NCBI RefSeq assembly: GCF_963506605.1
Contig: NC_083280.1
Location: 47,740,001-47,804,000 of the forward strand
Length of the DNA: 64,000 nucleotides
Source of the DNA: Zootoca vivipara
Lineage: Eukaryota
Direction of reading: 5' to 3'
Below are positions 1-11,080 of this stretch, in pieces (within the stretch, counting starts at the first letter, position 1; each line of letters begins with the position of its first letter). The position numbers and the translations under genes were made by a program. The notes below the pieces were generated by a model. It was not told the DNA's origin and did no database searches. It saw only the letters and a program-made list of their open reading frames with translations.

Positions 1-57
1 CTGTTCTCACAATGGCTGAACAGTTGTGTGTGGAAAACCAGCAAGCAGGAATTAAGC

Positions 58-193
58 CAGGCTTCCTCAACCTCGGCCCTCCAGATGTTTTGAGACTACA
101 GTTCCCATCATCCCTGACCACTGGTCTTGCTAGCAAAGGATCATGGGAGTTGTAGGCCAAAAACATCTGGAGGTCTGAGGTTAAGGAAGCCTG
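58..193. mobile_element. 136-bp non-autonomous hAT (Charlie/Buster-type) MITE
   Basis: TIRs CAGGCTTCCTCAACCT / AGGTTAAGGAAGCCTG; perfect 8-bp TSD AATTAAGC (50-57, 194-201); core shared with 9054 and 10315 copies. Confidence 0.9.
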
Positions 194-2109
194 AATTAAG
201 CAGAACACTCTCCCCTTCTGTGGTTTCCAGTAAATGGTATTCAGAAGTATTGCTGCCTCCAGCCCCAACACACACAGTCCCCTCCAGCCATGGTAGCCCT
301 CTCCTCCATGAATTTGTCTAATCCTCTTGGACAAAAGGCCTGACTTCTGGTTTGGGCCACTGTAACATTGGGGACAACTAACAGTGTTCATTCAAAATAT
401 CTCGCTTGCTTTCGTGTGCCCCCCCCAAATCCCAATTTTACAGGAGCTACCGCAGTCAAGCAAAGAGCATACAGGACCATGGAGAGCTCCAACTGGCTCT
501 CCTAAGACCTGAGGTGCTGTCTCTGCAACTACGGTAGTTAAAGGTAAGCGATGCCCTATGATAGGTTGACTAGACTTGGGTTTTGATAGGCTGCAATTCC
601 CCAAAGGAGCTTTCTGCCTGAGCTTTTCTGCTTTTTTGTATCCTTTGGCTTCTACAAGGCTGAGGAGACAGAGATACTACAAGGGGCTCATCCTCTGAGT
701 CAGAGAATGGTAGTAGGGCTGCGTCCTTCAGCTCGGAGGGCCTTGAATGAGTTAATGCAGTCCTCCTGAAGAAGTAACCTGAATATGTTACTCATCTGAG
801 TCCACTTCCCATGCACTTCAGAGTTCCATAGGTTGTAGGTCATGAAAAATAGACGGAAAATCCCTTGATACAGATCTTAAGGAGTCCACGGGCACCTGAA
901 TACTAGCCTGTTATGTGAGTCTTGGGAAATGGTCCGGTAGTAGCCCCTCTCTGTCTTTGCATTACGTTTCCTTAAGATCCTGGTTCTGCATCACAAACAT
1001 GTGAAACAGTACTGGATGGGTAGTGCCAAACATTGCTGTTGCTTCAGTACTGGAGCAGGTAGAACATCATTTGAGAGGTTCCCTCAACACCACAGAAGCT
1101 GCCCTTTATACTATAAATCAGTAGCTTAATTGGGACTGCATCTGCTACTATTTTGAAGTAAATTTGAAATTTACTTCTTGAGCGAGTGCACAGAAAGTCC
1201 ATTAAGAGTTTCACTGATTCAGATACAAGTTTTTCATTTTATTACCGAGAAGAATAAAGAGGTCTGAACTGGAAATGCATGGATAAGGATGTAAAATCAG
1301 CCAGGTGTACAGTTTCAGAGGAAGAGAGTGAAATTCAAAAAGGAAAGTTAAAAAGGAAAGTTCTAAGTCTGGCTATCAAATGCCTTAATTGGTTTGTAGG
1401 ACAAGGTTCATGTGCCTTAGTTTTACAAGTGCAGAGCTTTGCTTAGTCAGCCAAAGTTCCCTAAAGATAAGTCTTAACGTGATATCCTCAATCAAAGCTG
1501 AGAAATTCATTGAATGATATGCTCTTTCCTCCCCCCAACCCCAAATAGTTACAAGTTAACATACTTCCTTCACATTCAGATGCCAACTTCAGCAAAATGC
1601 CATTTCCTCCAGGATCTTCACCTGGCCCTAATCACCATTTAATAGCTTGTTACTTTCATGAATATACATCACAATGACATTTCCACATGTGCACCTAGAC
1701 TGGTGGAATGGAAAATGAAGGGTTCATCCATTACTTTATTAACAAGGATGACACGACCCTCCATTTATTCCCATGGAACTTCTGCCCTAAAATGCAAAGG
1801 ACACCTCAGATTTTGCAGAGGCAAGCAAGCTCAGCATGGAAGAGCTTGGTTCTATATCTATGGCTATGTTGGCATGGGCTTTTCCTCAGGGATTAAGATG
1901 TGCTCACTGAGAGATATTTATTATTTACTCTGTGGTCCAAGTGCTGATGACTGGGTGGATAACAGACAATGCTGAAGGCATAAAATGCAGATGTTTCCTG
2001 TTCAAATAGCCAATGAAACTCAATAATATGTTTTCACAGAGGGGGAGCATAAATATAAAAAAGAACAGATGATCCTCATATACATACAAACAAACAGAAA
2101 GCTTCCAGC

Positions 2110-2360
2110 AGTGTTAAAGATGGATCTGTGCCATTAGTGTACTTATGTCTGGCTACAGGAGGTATTCTGAGCAGCATTGCCACAGGATATGGTAAAAGTC
2201 ACCAACCTAGATTAAACAAATGTATGAAAGATAAGGCTATTAGTCATGTTGGCTAAATGCTACTTCTGGGATCAAAGGCAGCAGGCTTCCAAATGCCGTT
2301 TGCTGGGAAACAAAAGTGGGAGAAGAATGTTGTCCTCAGTCCTGGTTGGGGGTATCCCTG
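2110..2360 (+). mobile_element. Old CR1-like LINE 3' end remnant
   Basis: Degenerate resemblance to the squamate CR1 ORF2 end and 3'UTR (GATTAAACAAATGTATGAAAGATAAGGCTAT...TTGCTGGGAA); a similar tail lies at ~47940-48040. Confidence 0.45.
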
Positions 2361-2575
2361 TAGGAAAAGAAGTGTTTAGTTTGGAAGTTTAACTCCAATA
2401 AAGCTCAAGTTCCATCTCTGGCATCTCCAGTTAAAAGGATCAGTCAGAAAAGTGATGCCCCCCACCCCCTGCCACCACCCACTGGACAGTTACCGCCAAT
2501 CAAAGTTGACAATACTGGGGTAGAATATATATGAGAGCTTCTTGTATTCTTGTGTGCCATAGTAGTCAAGTTGGT

Positions 2576-2812
2576 GGGCTGTGTTCAGCTAAGTGTTACT
2601 CGGCATAGACCCATTGCAATTAATGGCCATTGCTACTTAGGTCCATTCATTTCAATGGATCTGTTCTAAGCAAAAGTTAGTTGACTGCAACCCTGTGTGC
2701 TCCCGTGAAGGCTGCAGTTCAGCAAGCCACTAGGCATGTTTACTCAGAAGTAAGCCCCACAGAGTTCAACAGAGTGGACACTTCAGTAACTGTGCACATG
2801 ATTTCAGACTTA
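2576..2812. mobile_element. Two adjacent old palindromic MITE-like elements
   Basis: Imperfect palindromes (GGGCTGTGTTCAGCT...AGTTGACTGCAACCC; internal ACCCATTG...CAATGGAT); similar short palindromes near 11990, 28640 and 42150. Confidence 0.4.
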
Positions 2813-4508
2813 CTTGGAAGTGAGAACCATAAAAATTAATGAGGCATGCTGCACAATGGTGTCTTATAAATGATGGACCTCAAAAGGACTTCTTCACTAA
2901 CTATAAGATTGCAGCCTTCTGAATGCTTTTTATTCAGATCAGGCTCCCTGCCAACTAAGTGTCCAACTGGATGAGCGTTTGCTTGAAAGAGATTTCTAGG
3001 GCACCTTGTAATGCTTTTATTCGGGAATTCTGACAAACTTTCCAATTCATTCCCCTCAACTGGCAAAAAGGGGGCTAGTCATTTAAATAGTATAATTGGA
3101 TAAAAATTTCTCATTCACCTTTTGCTGTGTTATCCAACCCATGTAGGTTCCTATTGAGATTTCCCCTTATCTCTCACAGCAAGCAATAAGCTGGGCTTCT
3201 TTTGCTCCTTCTCCTTCCCTTATATTTCTAAAATCTTGTCTAATCTTGAGTTGCTCATCACCAATTTCCCTTCAAGCACAAATTACATCTTTACTGTAGA
3301 CTAGTGGCTGGGGCTCAGAACAACACTCTCAGTGAGTAGTTCATTCCTGAGCCTTATAGCAAAGCCACTATCTTTTTTGATTTATATTACATTTCTCTGT
3401 GAGCACACGTTGGAAGTATGATAATGCCCCACAGTGCATCTGATCACTGAACCAAAGGCTCCTTTTTCTTCTTCCCCTGGAGTCGTTCTTCGTGGATTGT
3501 TGCCAGTGAGCAGACTGCTTCATGCCACTCCACGGCATGGCAGCCGATTTCTCTCCCTGCTGTTGGTGAGAGCTTTTATATGGTTCTTTCTCTAACATCA
3601 TAAAAGATCCCTAAAGTGTGCTTCGTAGGTCTAGGATGACGCAGAGAGGTAGACAATAAACAGGTTTTATTGAAACAAGTCAAATACAAACTGGAAACAT
3701 AGAGAGGGGCCTACAAGAAAATTTTGTTGATGCCTGGCCAGTTCATTTCTATGAAGAGAGATGAAAACAGAGATTGCTACACTCTGGTACTTTAACACTG
3801 GTAGTGTGCACTGAACACAATATGTGGTTCAGATCCCAATTCAGTGATTTGGAAACTGATTGAATTCACTCACGCTCTTTGCCTCTGGTCTGAGTGTGAC
3901 TCTTGCTTTGGGAAAATTAAAATTTCACATCTCTCCATTCACTGATGGCTGCATTCAAAAAGAGCTGGATGTAATTTTCATGCACAGTAGGTTCTCCTCA
4001 GTGGATAAATTATGTCAAATTTAAGATAGATATAGCATTCTTAGTGTCTGGTGCATTTACATTTTATTTTTTAAAATCTAAAATCTATGTCTTTATTTTT
4101 TGTCAGAACTGAAGTCTGTAAGCATGGCAATCCCTTTTTAATTTTTTTCAATTAGATGATGACAACATATGACACATCATACACACAGAAAATGAGATAT
4201 CGCACCCTAATTCAGAATAGTATCCTTCAAGCTAACTTGCTATTGTGGGTGGGTAGAAGTTGATTAATATATACCTACATCTTTATATCCCACTAATCTT
4301 TGTGCCTGGGACAATGCCATAGTCTGGGGGGGGGGTCCTAATTGTATCCCCATAACAAGATCTCCTTGCTATAGCAACCTGGAAATGAAAGGGAATGGCT
4401 GTGTTGAAAAGAACTGGCACTAGATCAAGCCCCTTGTGAGCAGACATCAAACATCAGAATGTAACTAGCAAATGAACAAGGAAAGTTTCGTAATTCAAGA
4501 CTTGGGTG

Positions 4509-4882
4509 CAGAGGCACCAACTTGCACTAGAGATTGGGGGGCAATGGCGTGTGCATGATGTTGGGACATTGGGATATCAGGAAGTTGGGAGGGGGTGGAG
4601 CTGAATGTGACAGGAGTGCAGCTTCAATGGCTAGCGCCTCCTCCTCTCTTGCACCTCTCTGGCCTTTTCCTCCTCCTGCCTCCACCAGCCGGGGCCTCAT
4701 CTTTCCCTTATGTGACAAGGAGGAGGAGCCACTGACCACTGAAGCTGCACATGGCAGGAACAGGAGCCTGCCACTTGGCGTCCTCCACCCCCTGATCATT
4801 CGGAACACTGGGGGGCTGTGCCCCCATCCAAATTATTGTGGGGGCCCAAAATAACTTGGGCCCTTAGGAGTTGGTATGCCTG
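4509..4882. mobile_element. Non-autonomous hAT element
   Basis: Imperfect TIRs CAGAGGCACCAACT / AGTTGGTATGCCTG; perfect 8-bp TSD CTTGGGTG (4501-4508, 4883-4890); GC-rich interior. Confidence 0.8.
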
Positions 4883-4927
4883 CTTGGGTGTGATTACTAG
4901 TAAATTGGTCACAGAAGCAGTACCCAT

Positions 4928-5009
4928 CATAGCTGCCAAGTTCTCCCTTTTTTAAGGGAAATTCCCTTATGCTGAATAGGCTTCCTCGCGAGAAAACTTG
5001 GCAGCTATG
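4928..5009. mobile_element. 82-bp hAT MITE
   Basis: Perfect 15-bp TIR CATAGCTGCCAAGTT / AACTTGGCAGCTATG; perfect 8-bp TSD GTACCCAT (4920-4927, 5010-5017). Confidence 0.92.
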
Positions 5010-5313
5010 GTACCCATTCACTTATTTCCCACTTATTCTGGTTTCCTCCTCTTTGATAGCAAGTGGTATATGCAGAGCTGCAGCCAGACTTCATCACAAG
5101 GTGGTGGTTCCACAATTTTAGGTGTGATTTCAAAGAAATTAATTTAGATCTGACAAGTGTTTATGATTTCCCCCCCATTAGAAACATATAAATTAATTGA
5201 GAACAGTTAGTTTTAACTTCAGCAGCATTTACCTACTTACAGTGAACAGCTTATGTGGGAAAGACAGGTGTGTTTATTCAGGCAAATGAAAATCAACTAC
5301 ACTGGAAAAATTA

Positions 5314-5532
5314 CAGGTAGGTAGCCGTGTTGGTCTGCCGTAGTCGAAACAAAATTTTAAAAAAATCATTCCAGTAGCACCTTAGAGACCAACTAAGTTT
5401 GTCATTGGTATGAGCTTTCGTGTGCATGCACATGTATCTGAAGAAGTGTGCATGCACACAAAAGCTCATACCAATGACAAACTTAGTTGGTCTCTAAGGT
5501 GCTACTGGAAGGAATTTTTTTATTTTGTTTCG
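5314..5532. mobile_element. Penelope-like element derivative: two inverted pLTR copies forming a hairpin
   Basis: Both arms match 14401-14532; left arm is reverse complement and carries the 3' tail; 13-bp direct repeat ACTGGAAAAATTA flanks it (5301-5313, 5533-5545). Confidence 0.88.
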
Positions 5533-8349
5533 ACTGGAAAAATTAGGCAGGCACCCCTTGATCTAAAAGACTGGTGCTTTCTGTTTCAAAAGAGTTAAGT
5601 AAATTAATAGTACACAATGAGCAAGGTGAACAAAAGGTGTAAAATAAATAGAACAGCTTACTATAACTCAGAAGTGAAAAAAATGCCAAAGCTTATTTTC
5701 TCAAAGATTCAAAAACAGGTTAGGAAATAGTAAGGGCAAAACCCAATCAAATTAAGCACTTTCTTCAATTATTGTTTTAGATATGCTTCTCTCCCAGGCA
5801 GAGAATGGCAAGCTCTGCTGGCTGCAGCAACTCTAAACTGGACTTGCCAACTGACTAGAAAGCCAGTCTGGCCTGCTCTTGAATAGCAGCATCTCTGCAA
5901 GAGAAACTTGCCATGGAATGGAAATAAGCATTGCCATCTGCTAATGCTGTTGATCAAAGAACTATTATGGTGCATCAGCCAGTAACCAAGTTGTAACCCT
6001 ACTCATAACTGGTTTGTGGCACTATTGAGGCAAATAACGGATCCAGGCTTTGGTTGCCATCCTGATAAATTTCTAGGAAGGGAGCAAATAAGCTTAGCAT
6101 AGTGCTGCTTGAAAATCTAAATGTACTTATGAACATATGTTGTAAATATATAATGTTAAGTCATACCTGTATGTTTGAAGTTCATGGCTCCACCTAGCTT
6201 GCCACTCTCACCCGGGAACACTGAACTTCTCATAGCCAGTGTCTGCGTGCTTTGTGGACAATCTTTGAAACAATGAGCTCTTCGGTAGTTAATTAGCCAT
6301 TTATTCTTCGCCTTAATGCATTGTGGAGAGAAAACGGGCAGAAAAATGAAACTGTCAAATGCAGCCTGCAACCATAGAAAGTCTTCAGATGATCAGAGTT
6401 GCTCCTCTTGTTATCAGTCTCTTTCAGATTTGAGTTTCCTTGCAATTTTATATTTTGTACTCTTGAATGCATCTATCATTCTTCAGTGGAGAAGACACAG
6501 ACGGATGGGGATCTACTGGTTAATAGTTCCCAAAAGATGCAGCAGGCAGTTCTTAATTACCTGTAATGTGGTACAGTTGGCTTGTACTACTTTTCTGAAG
6601 ATTAATGAAACGCAAACAAGAGTTTTGCTGCTTTTTTTTCCTGAAGGAGCAGAGAAATTTGGCAGCAGAAACAGCTGAGTAATTCTGCAAACTATTTTGG
6701 GTGTCACTCATATTTCTTAGAAGGGAGAAGTATGTTATCTGATCATCTATAGAAACACACCTCTCTTTCTGATTTTACATCATCTCCACTGGAAAACTTA
6801 ATCTTTTGCCCCAGTTTGTTCACAGTAATTAAGTAACAAAAGGAGACTTAAAGTAGCCAATTGCATTCCTATCTCCAGTCCTGCAGAACTTCATGTTTCT
6901 CATCTTCAAAGCAAAAGTAGTTATTCACCATCTCAGAAGTGGTCACAGGAGACATTGCTTAAGAACAAGACCCAGTTTGCCTTATGAAAGAATTCAAAGT
7001 TTGTTTAGCGTTCACCTCATGGGCTGAATTTGCTTTTTGGAATTATATGCAGCAGCAGGTTTTTAATTTAATTTCCCCACTGAAGTAATTTTGCATAAAT
7101 ACACATTAAAAGTTTTGTTTTGCGTTATAGCACACCAGGCCACAGCTTTTCAAAATGCATAGCCATAGATACAGATACACCCTTTTCTAATGAATTAACA
7201 TAGTGTATAATGAAGTGATACCTTGGCTTCTTTAAAGGCAAACAATGGAATCCTTTATTAATGGAACATTGGTAATATCAAATTTGATTATTCTCGAGAA
7301 TGAAAGACTCTCAGGAACTGACCTTTGAAATTCAGTCGCTTCCTGATTACCTATTTATTTAGCATCCATTCTGATTTGTTTATAGGGAAGATAAACAATG
7401 CCATATCAAGCAATTGTTATCTCACAGTGACTTTTCTGATACATTCTTTACTACAGAAAGTACAAATCATTACCATATTGCCCTTGGGACTCTGTCAATG
7501 GTGATTTTCCTTCCTGTGCCATTTTTTTCAATGGGAAAGGGACAAGCATTGATGGAAGAGAAGTTTGTTCACCGTGCAGATGTTGCTCCTTCTTGCCCCC
7601 CCCCAATTCACTTTGATGACTCACATTGAACAAAATAAGCTTTGTACCATGCAACAGATTTGGGACCAGAATACTTGAATAATCATAGAAGCTTAGAAGA
7701 CTCCTGCACAAACAAGATACTCACTGCGACGTTTTAGATAAAATTTTCAGTGCCTGCCATAATGAAAGTGGTATCTGGTGATGCCATCACATCCACTGTT
7801 TAAATTAGCCATTTTTTAATAAAAAAGTTCTAAATTATTAACTTCCCCCCCAAAAGTGATATTTGATGGCAAAAGTAATATCCGTGTGCAGTATTAAGTG
7901 ATTCTTATGAAAAGAAAAAGCTGTAGAAATCTGACAGAGCATAATAATTATACTGTCAGAAAATACACAGTTCCATTTTCACAGAGCTGTCTAGATCACC
8001 AGGTTTCGCTTTTAGAGACTGCTCATCAGGGTAGTAAGATTTATTTTGTCTCTAATTACTGTGTGGTAGGTGTTGTTATGGAGAGCAATTCAAGAGAAGT
8101 AAGCTACAGTATATGCATTGTTGTTTTCAACGAGAACTTGTGAACCGATGCAGAACACCCACTTGCCAAACATATCATAGGACAATTTTGGGCAATAAGC
8201 TCCTGCAGTCCTGCGGTCCCGTGGAAAGCAACCATCACTGATAGCTGCCATGACTCTCCTTGCCTAGCTGCCTTGAACTAGGCATGGGCAGACCAGTCTA
8301 TTTCTCATCCTGTCAGTTACACATGTGTTTATTCATAAGTCCCTTCCAC

Positions 8350-8672
8350 AGTGCTGTTGCCCTAGTGTTTAAAGTCCTAAATGGCCTCTGTATACCTGAA
8401 GGAATGTCTCCCCCCCCCCATCATTCAGCCCAGACACTGAGATCCAATTCCCTGGTGATTCCCTCACTGTGAGAAGTGAAGTTACAGAGAACCAGGCAGA
8501 GGGCCTTTTCAGTAGTGGCGACCACCCTGCGGAACATCCTCCCACCAGAATCGTCAAACAGATCAATAACCATATGACTTTAAGACCTCTGAAGGAAGAC
8601 CTGTATAAGGAAGTTTTTAATGTTTGATGTTTTGTTGTGTTTTTTATATTTTGCTGGAAGCTGCCCAGAGGC
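8350..8672 (+). mobile_element. L2 LINE 3' end remnant
   Basis: FKVLNGL...YL-type ORF2 C-terminus, AGGGCCTTTTCAGTAGTGGC motif, T-rich 3'UTR ending AAGCTGCCCAGAG. Confidence 0.65.
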
Positions 8673-8861
8673 TGCTTAAAGCTGGAGTGGATTTCCAGTT
8701 ACACTAAACCTGGGGCCAGGCTAAGTTTCTGGTGGGGACTGAACAGGGTGAAGACTACCACTTTCCATCAGGTTCTAGATCTTCTCTGCAAATAAAGTGA
8801 AGATGGATGCTTTTACCTCCCTCTTCCTGCCTGTAGGAAAGGAACGTGGGGCCCGGTGAAG

Positions 8862-9045
8862 CAGCTGGTTATTCCTCCCTAGGTGCAGAACCTTACATTT
8901 GTTCCTATTGAAATTTATGTTGTTACTTTGGACCCAGTTCTCCAATCTGTTAAAGTCATTCTGGAGCCTGATTCTGTCTTCTGCAGCATTAGCTACCCCT
9001 CCCAGCCTGGTGTCATCTGCAAATTTGATGTGCATTCCCTCAATT
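8862..9045 (-). mobile_element. CR1 LINE reverse transcriptase fragment
   Basis: ORF 8775..9035 encodes IKFADDTRLGGVAN...DRIRLQNDFNRLENW...FNRNKCKVLHLGRNN, the CR1 FADD motif and downstream region. Confidence 0.9.
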
Positions 9046-9053
9046 CCTTAAAG

Positions 9054-9189
9054 CAGTGTTTCCCAACCTGGTGCCTCCAGCTGTTTTCGGACTACAATTC
9101 CCATCATTCCTAACCACTGGTCTTGCTAGCTAGGGATGATAGGAGTTGTAGTCCCAAAACATCTGGAGGCACAAGGTTGGGAAACACTG
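9054..9189. mobile_element. 136-bp hAT MITE
   Basis: Perfect 16-bp TIR CAGTGTTTCCCAACCT / AGGTTGGGAAACACTG; perfect TSD CCTTAAAG (9046-9053, 9190-9197). Confidence 0.92.
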
Positions 9190-10314
9190 CCTTAAAGAAA
9201 TTGCAGAGCGAACAAAGACCTTGAGCATCCCCACCTTGAACCCAGTTTTCCCTTTTCCCAACACTACCAGCTCTTGCAGGTTGTGGCTTTCAGAAACTGA
9301 AAGAAAAGTTAGGCTAAATCTCGCTTCTTCACGTATTTTGGCCAGTGAGCTGTAATTATCACAAAGAGAAGTTTGAAAATCCTTAGTAATTTGTTATTCC
9401 TGGCTTTGTTTTTTTTGTTGTTGTTGTTGTTTAAATGGCATTTTAATGCCTTCTTTTGCTCTCTTGATGTTGGTATGTAAAAAACCCTTTCCCCACAACA
9501 GCACATTTGTAAAAGTTATTTATTTGTAAATGTCCCGGAAACAACAGGTTGGGTATTTTTAATCTTCTGCAAAGGAGTAAGTGATAACACATATCCCTGT
9601 GATGTGTTGAAACATGGTTGGCAGCATATACATCCTCAGATGAACACGTGGCACCTGTAGGAGTTAAACTATGCTAAAGATGGGAATACATTTGTCAGTT
9701 GGTGCTGGCTGCTGAATTTCAAATCTGGATTTTACCTATGTATGCATCTGAATAAAAATGTAAGGGCAGAGAATATTCAAAAAGTTCTCGACAGTGACAT
9801 GGGGGGGGGGGGGAAGTCGCACACTTTGGCTGCTTTTAGGCATCACATTTACCATATGACAAAGTATGGCTGAAAGCACAAATCAATTAAATTCCTAAGA
9901 TTAAAAGTTCTCATGCCTTCCTGAGTAAAACTAGGGTAAATCAAAGGCAGGTTGTGAGGCACTCTGTGAGTCAGTGAAGAGCAATTTAAAGGAACAAGTA
10001 TGAAATGGATCCACAGGACCTTATAGTATGCTTTTAAACTACCTAGGAGGTATGTTAGGAGCTTACAGGCACAGATACAGTATATGCCTTGCTGCCAGGC
10101 AGCACTGATCAGTGGCATAAAAGAGCTCTCATGTTCCTCTATAGTGCTGAGTGGAGGGTTTGGGGTGAGCTGGGCTACCACTTCCTTACTCAGGGAAGGC
10201 TCCAGGATGAAAGGGCCCCAATAAAGTGCTCTCTTGTGGGTTTACTCCTTTGTGAATGGGAGCTGGCCATGGTGATCAGCAGCAGCAATGAAATCACCAT
10301 GAGGTGGCATAGAG

Positions 10315-10450
10315 CAGGCATCCCCAAACTTCGGCCCTTCTGATATTTTGGACTACAATTCCCATCTTCCCCTACCACTGGTCCTGTTAGCGAGGGATCA
10401 TGGGAGTTGTAGGCCAAAACATCTGGAGGGCCGCAGTTTGGGGATGCCTG
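10315..10450. mobile_element. 136-bp hAT MITE
   Basis: Perfect 16-bp TIR CAGGCATCCCCAAACT / AGTTTGGGGATGCCTG; TSD GCATAGAG / GCTTAGAG (1 mismatch). Confidence 0.9.
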
Positions 10451-10564
10451 GCTTAGAGCTACCATTTTAAATTTCCCACAATGCCACAGGACATTGTGGC
10501 ATAATTAAAATGGCAGCTGTAAGGTGCTAGGCATGGGAGGCCAGGAGAAGAGACAGTTTGGGGG

Positions 10565-10670
10565 GAGGGCTATAGCTCAGTGGTAGGGTGTCAGCCCCAG
10601 GTTCAATCCCGGGCATCTCCAGGTAAGGCAGGGAGAGACCCTTGTCTGAAACCCTGGAAAGTCACTGTGG
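10565..10670 (+). mobile_element. tRNA-derived SINE fragment
   Basis: A box TAGCTCAGTGG and B box GGTTCAATCCC with the anticodon arm deleted, then GCATCTCCAGGT...CTGAAACCCTGGA body; relatives at ~2400-2550 and 30852. Confidence 0.7.
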
Positions 10671-11018
10671 GTCACCTTCATTGTACTCTTTTCAGCACCT
10701 ATCAAAAACATCCCTGTTTAGACAAACCTACCCAGATATTTAGAAAGTTGAGGTAATTTAAATCTCTTTTAATAATTTAACTTTTGTATGTTTTAAAGTA
10801 GTGTTGTGTTTTTTTCTTGATTTTAGTCTTTTATCTTTTGTAAACCACTTTGGAGTTGGTTTGTTTTTACAATCAAGTGGTGTATAAACTTCATGAAATA
10901 CATAAATGGAATAAATTAATCTTGACAAATATCTTTAAGGTATTTTCATGCTAGCCACCTTAAAAAATTAAACAATTAAACGTAACACACATTTTTTGTG
11001 TGTGTTTTCTTCACATAG

Positions 11019-11080
11019 GTGCATGGAATTTGGAGACATATTAGCCGCTCAAGAGTTAAACCCTGCCGAATTGCAGGCAG
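11019..11080 (+). other. Candidate 62-nt exon of an unidentified host transcript
   Basis: Pyrimidine-rich tract plus acceptor (TTTTCTTCACATAG|G) and donor CAG|GTAGGT; not a repeat I recognise; two open frames; no protein recognised. Confidence 0.3.
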
